Shown here piece by piece: positions 12,837-27,307 of a stretch of 64,000 bases of DNA. The position numbers and the translations under genes are program-made. This DNA is from Chrysomallon squamiferum. Taxonomy: Eukaryota > Animalia > Mollusca. Where the stretch lies: positions 14,570,001-14,634,000 of the forward strand of contig CM022667.1 of assembly GCA_012295275.1 (NCBI GenBank), given 5' to 3'. Each line of letters begins with the position of its first letter. Position 1 is the first letter of the stretch. The notes under the pieces are model-generated. The model made no database searches, was not told the DNA's origin, and saw only the letters and a program-made list of their open reading frames with translations.

Positions 12837-14594
12837 CACACACACATATATATTCATATTCAGTCGAACCTTCATATTTTTCAGAGGGATTAAAGTACAT
12901 AATAAGCCTGAATGTAGCTGCTATGGTCAGGTGTTTGTTATTCTGAACTGGTTACGACAGAAAGTTTTAATGTGTGTTAAATACAGATTTATTTATTAAT
13001 TATTATCCATATTTTACAAAACACAATAACCTAATACGACTGGCAGGAAATTAAAATCGTCTTAGTGATAATATTTTTAGTAGATCTGTTTGTTTATTGT
13101 ATTCCAGCCAGGACTTTGTTAACTCATAATTGCATCCGATCGACAAACATATATAATACCGGTTATTTTTAATATATACTTATATTAATATATTAATAAT
13201 AACCAGTTTTCTGTCGTCTTTTGTTAGCATTATGTATTGTTATATTAACAATTCGATCACCAGTGCGTTACGAAATCGTTGATGGTTTTGTCTTACAAAA
13301 AAAAAAAAAAATATATAGAATTTCATTAATAATTCCATGTTTCGTTCTTCTATCTACAACTTGATCCATTAATGTATTCCGTGAATTAAAATCGAGATAA
13401 AAAAAACAATAAAAGGGTTATGAATAAAATAAATAAGATAAAGAAAAAGAAAAAAGAAAGTATCTATCAAAAAATATTTTTGTTGCTATTTCCTTATTTA
13501 TTTAACTTAGAAGTTGCTGCTTCAGTGTGTAAATCAAGATTCGAGTTAATTTTATTTTCCTATTTGAACAAATCTTTCGTACGAGCACTAATGGTAACAC
13601 TTTCGTTTTGTTAAATGATTCTACGGACAAGATAAAACTATTATTACCAGACTGTGCCAAAAGCGATTCACATAAAAACAAAATGTCTTATCTTTTGTGT
13701 TTGCTTCCCTGTTTGTTTCTATTATTTGTTTTCAGTTTATCATCTAATCGATTAGTATATTATATTACATGATGGGTCTAATTTGGAGTGCAACAAAAAT
13801 TAATCAATCAAACAAACAAAGAAAAACGAATTTGTATGGATTATTGTAAATGTATTCTTTTTTTGTTATGTCACAGTCTAACTTACGAGTGTATTAAGAT
13901 GTATGACGTCATAGTTTGAACCTGTGAGGAAACAAAATTTCATTCATGTATCAGTCTTCGTTGAAGTTTTTATTTTTATTAATATGTTGTATTATATAAT
14001 TAAAATATTTTAAAAAGTTATTTTAAATGCATTTTAGGTTCGTTTAATTTTACAGTAATAAATATATTCTTATTTATTTATTTATAGTTTGTTTGTTTAT
14101 TTTTTATGTGTTTGTGTATTTGCTTATTTATATTTACTTATTAATTTATATAATTACATGTAAATATCTCTTTTTGTATTTTCTTACTTCTTACTTTTTA
14201 TTTATATTGTGTAAAAAATAGCAACAATTTACTGAAGAATGTGACAATATTATTGTAATATTTTATACTATATAAAAAAAATAATAGAATTGTTTTTAAT
14301 AGTTTATTTTTACATTTATTCATAACGTAGCACTATTTAATTAACAATGATAAATATCCTCGTACCGTGCAAACATTGTTGTTAATACTTCCTTATTTAT
14401 TATTATATCTAAACTTCAATCCATTATCGAATTAGAAAACACGATGTCATAATATGATTTACTGACAACAGAAATCTGCCTTATTAAAATTTCTGTTAAC
14501 GTTTCCTTATTTACTGATGAGACATAAATACATTTTGTTACAAAATACAGAACAAAGTTTGATTAACAGGGTAAAAAACGATTTTCCTTCTTGT

Positions 14595-14771
<177 letters not shown>

Positions 14772-16070
14772 GATTAATTTAGATTAGAAATATATAATAA
14801 ATTTATAAAACTTTGGATTATATTTATTCTGGCAATTGTATTTTTGTTAATGTTGTTGTTTTAAAAAACTTTCACACTTTGGATTATATATGGAAAGATT
14901 GTAAACCTAAATTATATTCTTATGTCGTAGATGCATGGCTTAATATTTATGAAATATTTGATGATCACGTTTTCTGCCAATTACAGTTTCAACTGAATAA
15001 AGGATATGACTATTAAAATTTTATTATGTTATTTGCAGCATGTTTGCATGTTTTATAATAGTCATTAATGCGTTAGTTAATAATGCGTAAGATAAAAAGT
15101 TAGACATTCAGACAGGTAGATACTAGATAGACAGATAGATAAATAGATAGATAGACAGACAAACAGACTGATTAAACAGACAGATATTAAGATAGAAAGA
15201 GAGAAATAAATGGATAGATAGCATGATGAATAGCTAGGAAAACGGCCAGACATATCCTTATTCATTTTATATACAAGTCAATCTGTTACATATTACAAGA
15301 CATGTCGAAATTTATTGAACTGCAAGAAAACAAAACATTTGTCATACACAAGTTTTGTTAATATACATTATTATTAATTTTCTTTTATTTACAGTCCAGT
15401 TTTTTCATGCACTACAAGACAAAGTGACAGAGTATGAATTACTGAAACAAAACTTTTCATGTCTTTCTTAGAATCTTCACAAATACTTCCTTATCTGTTG
15501 AATACTTACTTCTGTGACAAGCAGTATATACAAGATATAACTCGTTTGATTTACACGTGGGTAAGATTATTCTCCGTTTTTGTACAGTTTTGTTATTTTT
15601 GTTACATATTTGTTTTCACAATAACCAGTTTATTAAGGGATACAAATTCGCGTGAATTTTATGTAGCATTTATTTAGGGTTTCATTACAATACAAGCTCT
15701 AAACTTCCCCGAGCATCTCATTGTGCAAGTTCGTAGATCTATAAATATTAATTCTACATTGAAAAAAGTATTGATTTAAATATTTAAAGATTCTTTTCTT
15801 CTTTTTTTTTAAAAGAAAAAAAAGAAAAAAAAAAGATGATTAACATAACATACATTAAATTGATCAAGCTTAGATTATTGATAATCTGTCAAAAATTATT
15901 AGAATTTAACTTGTTTAAATATGGTGAAATAATAATAATAGCAGTGGTAGTAGTAGTAGTAGTTGTAATAATAATAATAGTAGCAGTAGCAGTATTAGTA
16001 GTAATAACAGTAGTAAAGACAGTAGCAGTAGTCGTAGTAGTAGTAATAATTACTGATGTCGTTACTGTTG

Positions 16071-16317
16071 TTATTATAGTAAAATAATTAAAAAATAATA
16101 TAAAATAAAATAAAACTAAATAAACCAACAACGAAATAAACATTTCAATAAATTAAATCAAATGAAATTAAATATGTAAAATAAAAACAATGCATTTAAA
16201 AAATAAATATCCATAAATATCTTCTGAAGAAAAAGAATGGCTAAAAAATAAATTTAACACATTCAATTCTAAAAGTGGTCAAAGAAATTTAAATAAATCA
16301 CCAAACGCCTAATCGAT
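16071..16317 (+). repeat. Dispersed repeat or old duplication, copy B (partner at 76-328)
   Basis: Collinear similarity to 76-328 (see copy A). Confidence 0.85.
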
Positions 16318-16793
16318 GATGATGATGATGATATGATGCTGCTGCTGCTGCTGATAATAATAATAATAATAATCATACTAATAAATCTTGCATAAGATTT
16401 TTATTAAATATATATATATATAATTTATAATCATCAGTCTGTAACGAGACAGGCTGGCTCTGTTTACAATGACAAACAACAATTTATTATGTGTAGACTT
16501 TTGTTAATGTTTCCATTTTTGTTTATTATTTGTTCAGTCCAATCCATTAGTCTCTTAAAAGTTACCACGACCTAGCAGACTGCACGAAAACATCTGTATC
16601 GCGTAGACTTTCTAAAGTTTCAGTATTTATTAACTGTGTTTATACAGACATAACTGCATTAAGAGACAAAACCTCCGTTGGTACTAATGAAAACAGAACT
16701 TTGAAATTTCATAAACCATCGCAATATTTTACTTTTAATTTAAGTTACTAACTGACGTACTGAAGTTATATTTATTGCAATTAATAAAAATAA

Positions 16794-16832
<39 letters not shown>

Positions 16833-18429
16833 TAGTTAGAGAGGGATTTTTCTTAATCTTTTTGTATTCACTTACTGTTTACGTTTGCATATATCTTTCA
16901 AACCATAGTATCTTTTAATTAATAATGAAAACTATCATCAGTTATGAAGAAATGTGTTTGCTTATTAATGCTATAATACTGTCCTTAATTATATTAAAAA
17001 TCATCATATCGTACCATGAATTATTTCAGAAATTACGAAATATAAACTTATTAGGTTTTCAGGGATTAATTTTCTGTCCATCTGTCTATCTGATTTTCTG
17101 TGTGTCTGTTTTTCTGTCTGTATTTACATATCTATACATCTATTCAATTTGTTGTCTGTCTGTCTAAGATTGATGATTTAAAATATATTAATAAAAATAA
17201 TAAACAAACAAACAAACAAACAAATAAAGAAAAAAATAAAGAAATAACGAAATAAAAGAAATACAACAGAAAAACAAAAAAACCTATCATCTTGCACGCA
17301 ATTGTTCTCGACTTTTTCTTTTTCATCTGTCATCCTTACAACAATCAAAGCACAATAAATTTAATCTCATTTGGTTCAAAAAGATTTAAAAAAAAAGAAG
17401 AATCGTTTCACTTGTTTAAGCTTTTATTTATAACATTATCGTAATGTTACAAGAACGGACTGCGTTTGACTGACAGTGCAAAAATAGCCACTTGTCTTGA
17501 ACACACAAGATATTAACACTGGCTATCTCACTCACTGCAGACAAATCATTGGGAAAAATAATACATCATTAAACGAACAAGTAATAATAACGAAGAGGCC
17601 ATAAACTTGTCTGCTACTGGTCTTGAAATTTCTAAATATTGTAATCTCTTTTTATTACGTCAGTTTGAACCGCTACCGAATCGTACGGAACCTCGCGAAA
17701 TCTGTAAGTAATAATACAGAAAAGACATTAAAAATGTCTGCTATGAAAGGGTCTAAATAATTTCGTATTATCGTCGTCTGATTTTTTTACTGTATAACTG
17801 GCGCGTAAAAATGACAGAAAGAAAGCTAAAGTTAGTGATATAGAAATAGAGATCACATAAAAAAAAAGCAATAAAAGAGAAGAGAAAGATACAAAATTCT
17901 AAGAGCAATTTCGAGTAAATAACGTTTTCTCCGTGCAGGTTAATGGAACTGCAATGTAACAGTTATGGTATAAACTGACATACCAGCTCGAATCAATTGT
18001 TAATTTTTTATTTCAAGTTTTTCTGTTATTATAATGATGATGATGATAATAATAACAAATAATAATAACAACAACCATACTAGTAACAACAACAACAACA
18101 ACAACAATAATAAGGACAGTGCTGAGAAGAAGAAACGGATGATGTCCATTGAATTAAAGCATAGAAAAACATGAGCGAGGTGTGTATATAGTCAACTTGG
18201 CTGGGCAGTACGAGCGTAGTACTTCGATGATATGTACCATACTGAAGCTGAAGGCGTTAAAATAATTTGTCTGGTCTCGAAGATAAATACACTTTACAAA
18301 ACCAATTTTTTTTTTACATTTTCTTTTATTTTGTTTTTATACAATATTTGTCATTTATAAATACGTTTTTTCTTATTTAAAAACACGTTATATAATAATA
18401 ATAATAATAATACAAATAATACAAATACA

Positions 18430-18501
<72 letters not shown>

Positions 18502-18825
18502 GGGATGGTTTTGGGGGTCTTGAACGGATTAATGGTATTTCAGTTAATTTCAGTTGAGAAAACTGATTTGATATACAAGCAAATTGAGATACGAGCTCGG
18601 TCATGGAACGAGTTCAACTCGTAAGTCAAGGTACCACTGTATTTCTCTTTTTTAATTATTATAATTTCAGTCCATACTCTTACAATATTACAAAGCACGA
18701 TGATGATCCACACATTTCTACCACCTCTGGTATGTAAATTCGTTAAAAATACAAGCAGCTGACAAAATGCTTCCATGATGTCTTTTTGTATTGGCAAAGC
18801 TGAAACCAATATGCAGACGCTTAGG

Positions 18826-18870
<45 letters not shown>

Positions 18871-19010
18871 ATTCCTGAATGATATTCAGCAGACGAAAAC
18901 TAATAATGCAGGAATTTAAGCACGGCGTAAATTAACATGTGCCGTCGCAGTTCAAGTTTACTAACAAAAACTCTCCAAATTCGTAATAGTTTTTCTGATT
19001 TAACTCAGCT

Positions 19011-19080
19011 GGGGAACCATACATGGATTTCAGTCTGATACCTTCCACTCATAATGTCATTACTTTACCGCTACATTACG
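19011..19080 (-). mobile_element. Degenerate tRNA-derived SINE head (very old)
   Basis: Minus strand reads GTAATGTAGCGGTAAAG (A-box/D-arm-like) ... GACTGAAATCC (decayed B-box) at tRNA-like spacing; no intact cloverleaf. Confidence 0.35.
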
Positions 19081-19650
19081 TAAGCGAAAACGCAGACAGT
19101 TATCACTTACTAATAAAAAAACCCCCAGAAATCGAATTATCTGGTTTCTATGATTTCACTCTACTAAGGGATATCCGTGCTAGGATTCCGCTGTAATACT
19201 TACGACTCCTAATTTGGATTCTTTGCCGACGACGTTATATAAACTGGGACGCTGACGGTGTAATAATCTAAATACTTTAACCTTTTACTTAGACGGAAAG
19301 TTATGAAAGCTGTAGAAAATATTAACAGAAACGCTCTAAATTTGTCTGGTATGAGAGGTCTAAAAAGTATGAAATTGTTGGTTTTTTTTTTGTTTTTGTT
19401 CGTTTTAATGGGGTTTATTTATTTATTTATTTATTTTTGTATTATTTTAAGTGTTTATGACTGCTTTTAGGTGCTTTCTTCTTCTTCTTCTTTTTTGAAA
19501 AAAAAATAAAAAAAATACAGATATTAAGATGAAATCATATACAACTTCAGTAGACACACCACATGTAAAGAAAATACGTCTCTGTAACATGTATCGATAA
19601 TGGAGTAATTACTGTGTAAAAGTCTGGTGTAAACTGTTCGTGTTCCTTAC

Positions 19651-19789
19651 TTCGGTCCGCTCATCTCATCCCGCCATCGCGGTGCTCTGTCCATCGATCA
19701 GTTTAAGCCGTCCTCGCACTCTGACAGGCTCGCGAATTACAGGCCCTGCACATGCAGTCGTGTGATGGATGGTTTGCGAGAACTGTCGG
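19651..19789 (-). other. Candidate exon (GC/CpG-rich island ending at a 5' splice donor)
   Basis: Minus strand ...GATGAGCGGACCGAA|GTAAGG with the donor at 19650, where GC content drops. It could encode MDRAPRWRDEMSGP.. from an internal ATG; no homology recognised. Confidence 0.3.
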
Positions 19790-20023
19790 CAGTCTCACAG
19801 ACATCGGCAATCTCACTGACATCGGCAGTCTCACAGACATCGGCAGTCTCACAGACATCGACAGTCGCACTGACATCGGCAATCTCACTGACATCGGCAG
19901 TCCAACATACATCGGCAGTCTCACAGACATCGACAGTCTCACCGACATCGACAGTCTCACAGACATCGACAGTCTCACAGACATCGACAGTCTCACTGAC
20001 AAAGGCAATCTCACAGACATCGG
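19790..20023. repeat. Minisatellite, 13 x 18 bp, consensus CAGTCTCACAGACATCG(G/A)
   Basis: 13 contiguous units counted with no indels; they explain the four overlapping repetitive ORFs. Confidence 0.97.
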
Positions 20024-20729
20024 CAATGACAGCCACGTTAAGTAAACTAGACTGATGTGTAAACGTGTGGCGCCTACATCGACAAGTATTGTTCTACTAG
20101 GATTTTTCAGTTTTCAGTATATAAATATATATATATATATTTTTTTTAAATATTTATTATTTGTTCTGTTATTGACATCTAATAATAGCAGACGACGTCA
20201 AATTTCAATTTCATTCATTCTTTATTTTTTTTAATTATTATTATTATTTTTTTTATACTGGACAGTAAATATGACTCGACATAATTCATATATAGTTCTG
20301 GCCGTCTGGGATTTCACAGTAAAAATATCTTAATAACCGATGACGTGAAAGGACACAAATACGTAAAGTTGAACACAGTGTGGAAATTGTATTGTAAATA
20401 TATAATTATCTTGTAGTGCATTTGTACAGTAGGTTTTGAAAAATTAGATACAAAAAAATAGAACGAACGCCGATATCAATAAAACACATTTGTGTTAATT
20501 ATTTTATTGTCCTGGTAACGATGGTGAAGATGAATTACTACTCCTGTAACATGTTAAAATAAAACAACATACTGACGTAACAACAGAATTGTATATACAT
20601 ATTTTATTTCAGTACACGCATACAAACACAGATGTTTTTTTTTTTTTTTTTTTTGTTTTATGTCGACTGCCATTCTCTATTTTACAAGGATATAGTCATA
20701 AAATAACAACAACAAGAACAGAAAAGACT

Positions 20730-21166
20730 AGTATAGACATTATTGCTACTGCTACTACCCTGTCTATCTACTACTACTGTTAATACTATTACTACAACTG
20801 ATTTTGTTACTACTACAACTACGGCTGCTACTACTGAAGCTACTGCTGTAACTATTGCTACTGCCAGTATTATTACTATTATTACTATTCTGTTACTTCC
20901 AAAAGAAGAGGACGAACACTACTACAGCCATTACAACAACTACTGTTACTACTGTTACTGCTAGTACAATCCTATTACTACTACTACTATACTATTGCTA
21001 CTGCTACTACTTCTACTACTACTATTGCTTCTACTATACTACTGCAATGAGGAAAACGGAACTTATAACTTATGTTACTAGTTGATGATGATGGTTACTA
21101 CTATTACTACGATTACTACTATTACTACTACAACTACTACTGCTACTACTACTACTACTGCTACTA

Positions 21167-21200
<34 letters not shown>

Positions 21201-21278
21201 GCTACTACTATCACCACCACCACCACCACCACCACTACTACTACTACTACTGCTACTGCTATTACCACTACTACTACT

Positions 21279-21316
<38 letters not shown>

Positions 21317-21372
21317 AACTACTACTACTACTGCTACTACTACTGCTACTACTATTACTGCTACTGCTACTA

Positions 21373-21415
<43 letters not shown>

Positions 21416-21448
21416 GCTACTACTACTACTACCACCACCACCACCACC

Positions 21449-21492
<44 letters not shown>

Positions 21493-21617
21493 CACCACCA
21501 CTACTACCACTACTACTACTACTACTACTACAACTACTACTACTACTACTACTACTACTACTGCTACTACTTCACTACTACCACCACCACCAACACCACC
21601 CACCACTACTACTACTG

Positions 21618-21655
<38 letters not shown>

Positions 21656-21658
21656 GCA

Positions 21659-21697
<39 letters not shown>

Positions 21698-21736
21698 TAC
21701 TACTACTACTACCACTACTACTACTACTACTACTAT

Positions 21737-21774
<38 letters not shown>

Positions 21775-21775
21775 T

Positions 21776-21817
<42 letters not shown>

Positions 21818-21843
21818 CACCACCACCACTACTACTACTACTA

Positions 21844-21883
<40 letters not shown>

Positions 21884-21948
21884 AACTACTACTACTGCTA
21901 CAACAACTACTACTACTGCTACTACTGCTACTACTACCACTACCACTT

Positions 21949-21981
<33 letters not shown>

Positions 21982-21985
21982 ACAG
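20730..21985. repeat. Very long (ACT)n/(ACC)n trinucleotide array, degenerate 5' part and purer 3' part
   Basis: Directly visible; source of the 310-aa and 304-aa homopolymeric ORFs. Confidence 0.97.
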
Positions 21986-22975
21986 TAACAATGTGAGACA
22001 CTGACCGTTTGTTAAGTGAACTAATCTTCCTTTAGTTCGCTTTCTTTTTCTCAGAATGACTAGGAACCACGTTTCAACACGCTAACGATTTATCGAAAAC
22101 GGACATGCTCAATGACGTTACTTTGATTTGCGTAAAACCTCAAGAACAGACACCGTGTTTAAAGCTCTTATTTTAATAGCGAGGATTTTAGCAGCTGCGA
22201 GATTAATGCTGATTTATATTTTTTCATCCTTTTTTCCCTTTTTGTCAATGATATTTTTACACTCCAGTAATTTCTGATGCAATAACGGCAATTATTATAA
22301 TTGCTTTCGTCGAAAACTGGAACGAGACAAAATTAAAAATAATCTCTATAATAATGATTAAACAAAAAAATAAATAAATCGGTCAAATATATTCTTCCTT
22401 TTCGTGTGGAAGGTTCGTACAAACGAGAGAAGAAAACTTCGTTAATCGGTGGGTTTGATTTTTCGCTTCTGCGTCATTCAACCTGCTACTATAGGTTGGT
22501 TCATACGTTTTCTTTGGCCGTAACGATTTGATTTTTGGTATGAAAGTAGCAATAACAAAAAGGTAATATAAAAGTAAGAAAAAGAAAAAAGAGACTTAAC
22601 CGTGGGAAAAGAAAAGAAAGAGATCGACACAGAGAAAGAAAGATAGAAAGATTAGGGATATATATTAATATATCTAGAGAACATATGTAATATGAAACAT
22701 CAGACAAAATAAAAAAATATTTCTTCCTTCGACCTCGAGAAAAGATTAAAAAAAAAAAAAAAAAAAAAAAAGATTCTGGAAAAAAAATATAAATAAAAAA
22801 AATAAAAACCGATAAATAATAATAATAATAATAAAAAAAAAAAAAAAAAGAAAGAAATGAGAACCTTTTACTAACTGTTTACAAACAGAAGCAATGCCAC
22901 CAACATTTGATTTATTCAGTTTCATCATTTCCTCGCAGTCCAGTACGACAGAACTGCAGCGACCCAACCAGGAAT

Positions 22976-23050
22976 ACTCACACATGCCGCACGATCAAAC
23001 TCGCTCTTTCCGAGACGACTTCCGGCACGACAGGATTCAAATGGACCAAT
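22976..23050 (-). promoter_or_regulatory. Putative promoter plus short first exon of a leftward gene
   Basis: Minus-strand order: CCAAT box (23046-23050), ETS motif CCGGAAGT (23018-23025), GCGGCATGT, then donor GTGAGT (22981-22976); CpG-rich. Confidence 0.4.
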
Positions 23051-23851
23051 AAAAAGGTATCTTTTTAAAGAAACACACCACGCGATCTTTAGACGCTTTC
23101 AGCGAGCAGAAGTGAACGGATGTTTGTGTTAAAAGATGTATTATGTATCTTTGTGTCTTTCTTCACGCTGGCTTTACCCATCTCTTTTCCGTTTGCCATT
23201 TTACTGTACATAATGCAAAGAGTGAAATGACATTTCTCACAAGAGTGTAAATTAGAGAAAGCAAAGAGAAATAGGTGTGGGAAAATAAATGTCCATTAGC
23301 TAACGTATTATCTGTATGTAACAGTGAAGACTTATTGTCCAAGTGAATAGTGGGTGTCTTATCTTCCATTATTTTAATGTACTGACGGGTATTTATTTAT
23401 CTGCCATTCAACAGTCCATCCGTCTGTACGTCCAGTGATCTATCCAGAGCCCGATTAACGCCTTTAGAAGCACTAACCAGTTAAAAGATTTGTGTGTCCC
23501 CTTATTTATACGTGCGTGTGCGTGTGTATGTATGTGTGTGCGTGTGTGTGTGTATTCATATATATTGTGTATCTGTGCAATAAATTTAAAAAAAAAATAA
23601 GAAACCATAAAATAAAATAACAAATTTCGAAATGAAACAAAACTTAGGACACGATAAAAAATCATGTTTATTTTTGTACAGTTTCAGAAATAAATAATGT
23701 ATCCTGATTTAGCGGCAACCATTTGCTGTTTTTAGCCGTATCAGCACGGAGTATAAAATCAGCTGTTTAATAATTTTTTAAATATTTTTTTTTTATACCA
23801 ATTAATGAAAACGACGTTTATTTTTAAACCGCAGACATCGAACCATAATTG

Positions 23852-24159
<308 letters not shown>

Positions 24160-24430
24160 GTGCACTTAATGACGCGACCAGCTCTTTTCTACATTGTTTT
24201 AAAACAATCCCTTTATCTGTACACCACGTTCTGCACGCAAAAACTGTTTCACTGACAACAGCAGATCTCGGCGCGGTGCTGTGGAATTGATTGGCACAGG
24301 AGAGTCACTTCACGAGAAACGGTTGCATGGCTACCCTGCCGGGAGCGCGTGCACGGTCGATGACGTAAGTAGGGTGGATGGAGATCATCGAGGATTTGTG
24401 TGACACTGACGTGGCCGACGCTGAAGACGT
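24160..24430. promoter_or_regulatory. CpG-rich promoter or enhancer-like island
   Basis: TGATTGGC (NF-Y, 24288-24295), X-box-like GTTGCATGGCTAC (24322-24334), TGACGTAA (24361-24368) overlapping a possible + donor GTAAGT (24365-24370), and a further TGACGTGG. Confidence 0.4.
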
Positions 24431-26190
24431 TGTGTTTGTTTTGCTAATGTTAATATCTATACGAGAAGAAAAGACGTGTCGATATATACAAATGCGTATT
24501 GTGAAATAGCATCGACAGACTGAGGTGTTGCTGTGACACTTGTAAAGCGATGATTTGGAATAGTGAAATCAATCGTGTAACGATTCTGGATTTTCTTTTA
24601 TTTGTAAAATTAAATTATATATATATATATAATTTATATCCGCATTCTTACCTTCCTAGGGTAATAAAAACTGGTATCTGAGAATAGTAACTAATTTATT
24701 TAGCTATTGGCTTTGTCTGTATATAGTATCTATCCATCTGTGATATACACAAATAGCAAATGACTAGAACATGTTCTAAGATATCAGTTTTTTCCTGGGA
24801 AGGTGAGAAAGCGGATTTGTATACACTGCTAATGAAAGGTTCTACAGTTCAGAATTACTCATTTTTTACTTATGAGCCGTCTTAGTGACTCACCCTCATC
24901 AACAACGACAACGAAATTTGAATGTGTATATATATATCTGTTTGCGTGTGTGTGTGTGTTTGTTTGTGTGTTTGTGTAAAACAAAAGTTGTTCCAAATCT
25001 TCAAATATTTTACTGTGTTAATCAGTTGTATTTGGTGTTCATCATTACTATGATTATCATCTTCGTCAGTTATCATCATTAAGTCGTTATAATCATTGTC
25101 GTCATAACTGCCATCATTACTATCTGAAACTGCTCATCACCATTGTTGTGCTCATCATCATAATCATCATCTATATGACAGAAATTTCTTTCTTTCTTTT
25201 TCTTTCACTACGTACCATTTCACAATCCAGAATCTGTTTCTTCATTAATTTCCTTTTTTTATCTCTTCTTATTAACAATAATAATAAGAAAAAATAATAA
25301 GAAAAAAAAATATATAAAAGAATTCGTATCTTAATCCTAGTAGCCTAGATTACTGAAGGTTGTAATCTATTTTGAAAAGTGACAATAAAAGTACACACAA
25401 CGTCGTCGACAGCACAACGACAAAGCGTGATGTTTTTGTTACCGGTGTTCTGAAAGACGTGACAACAACCAGTTTTAAAATCGTCTTTTCTCTCGTTTAA
25501 TGGGCGAATCGTGGATTAGAGGTGTCGAATGCACTTTCTAAGAAGGTTGCCATTTAACATGGAAGTTAAAAAAAAACAATTTAAAAAAAAAAAAAAAAAA
25601 AATCTGCATAGATGCCGTCAAGGCATTTAAAACGAGATTTAGTTGTCTTGTTGTCTTTGCCTGAAGATTCAGCAGTTCCTTTTGTAAAATTCGTTTACTT
25701 TTTTATTCTGATGTTTGAAAACAGAAATAGACAGAGCGTGTTTATGAGAGATAAAGCAAAACTGAGGGGGCAATAACTGATCCAGAGAATCAGAGCAGAT
25801 AGAAAGATAGACGGACAGTTAGATAGAAAGCTAAATAGACAGACATAAATATATATATGTGTGTGTGTTTGTATAGATATATATGTACAAACACACACAC
25901 ACACACATACACACATATATGCATGTATATGTTTGTATATAGTTATATAGGTACTTATATAGGTAGGTATGTACGTGTTCATAAGTACAGATGGATAGAT
26001 AGACAAACAGATGCATATAGATAGGCTGATAGACTGATGGAACGATGGAATCAGATTGGACGAAAGTGACTGAGTATCTGAGAATGATAAAAAAAAAAGA
26101 AAGAAGAAAGAGAGAGAAACAAAGACATTTAAAACAGTCAGATACACAGAAACAAACGGAATCTGTTGACTCAGTATCGTCGTGAAATGT

Positions 26191-26277
26191 CTGGAAACGT
26201 GATCGGTGTTACGTTTTTGCTGGTAACGTGATCGGTGTTACGTTTTTGCTGGTAACGTGATCGGGGTTACGTTTGTG
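26191..26277. repeat. Minisatellite, 3 x 29 bp, CTGGTAACGTGATCGGTGTTACGTTTTTG
   Basis: Units start at 26191, 26220 and 26249, with 1-2 substitutions per variant copy. Confidence 0.95.
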
Positions 26278-27154
26278 TTGCAAACTTCCTGGTGAAACGT
26301 TTTACAACGATCGAACTTCCCATTACGGAAAGAGGAAGTGCTTTTACCTGCTATCATCAAATTAATAAGCGAAAAATAGACAAATATATTATTACATTTC
26401 AGTTATACTGGTTCTGAATAATAAATTACAACTGTATAAATGGAAGGAAAATAAAACGAAGAAGACAAATTTGAAAAAAAAAAAAAAGAGCAAAAAATAA
26501 AAAGAGAAAGTATAATATAAAAAGAAGAAAACAAAGTAAGAAACAAAGAAACAAAAGCTGACAGCTGTTAACAGCAATCAATCAGGAAAAAAAGACTAAA
26601 TTCTGTTGAAAACGGCCAGAGAATAATATATCACATCCCTATTATTTAAACATGGAAAGGAAAAGAAAGAAAAAAGTTGTATTAAAGTATGATAATAATA
26701 ATAAAAATGACTGCGACATAGCAATTTTCACTCGTTAAAAGAGTCCTTACAACGCAGTGTAAAATTCGACAAAAACAACAATGACGACGACAAATTATAT
26801 TTCGATTCTAAACAGACAATATCCCGGTAAAAACAAGAACTGAAGAAATAATAACGACGCCAACATCGACGACTGCAACGAAAATAATAGTATTGATTAG
26901 CAAAAGAAAGAGAAAAACTAATAATAATAATAATAACAAAAATAATAATAATAAAATAGTTTTTAATATGAAACGTTTCATAAGCAATCAACGATAATAA
27001 TAAATAAACAAATGGTAATACTATAGACTTAGTTTACGTCATACAGTCACAGACAGTCACGTTAATCACGACGACATAAATGAATAATTAGTTTTTTTAT
27101 TATTAAATTTGTTTTTCTATACCATTTTGTTTCTTAAACTACTTCATTAGTTTC

Positions 27155-27272
27155 AGTACTGCTGCTATAGCTACTACTATTATTACAACTACTACTGAGT
27201 TTACTACCACTACCACTGCTACTATTACAACAACTACTACTGCTACAGCTACTACTACTACTACTAATACAG

Positions 27273-27307
<35 letters not shown>

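Noticed and set aside
19790-20023. CRISPR-like array
   Set aside because: Contiguous tandem units with no unique spacers, no cas genes, and a eukaryotic context.
21072-22004. 310-aa and 304-aa ORFs (poly-T/L/Y/P/H), superficially mucin-like
   Set aside because: Translations of an (ACT/ACC)n array; the frames switch homopolymer at indels and there is no unique protein sequence.
22889-23056. Plus-strand 168-nt open exon after a TACTAAC branch-like motif
   Set aside because: Poor pyrimidine tract, weak GTATCT donor and unrecognisable peptide; the minus-strand promoter reading fits better.
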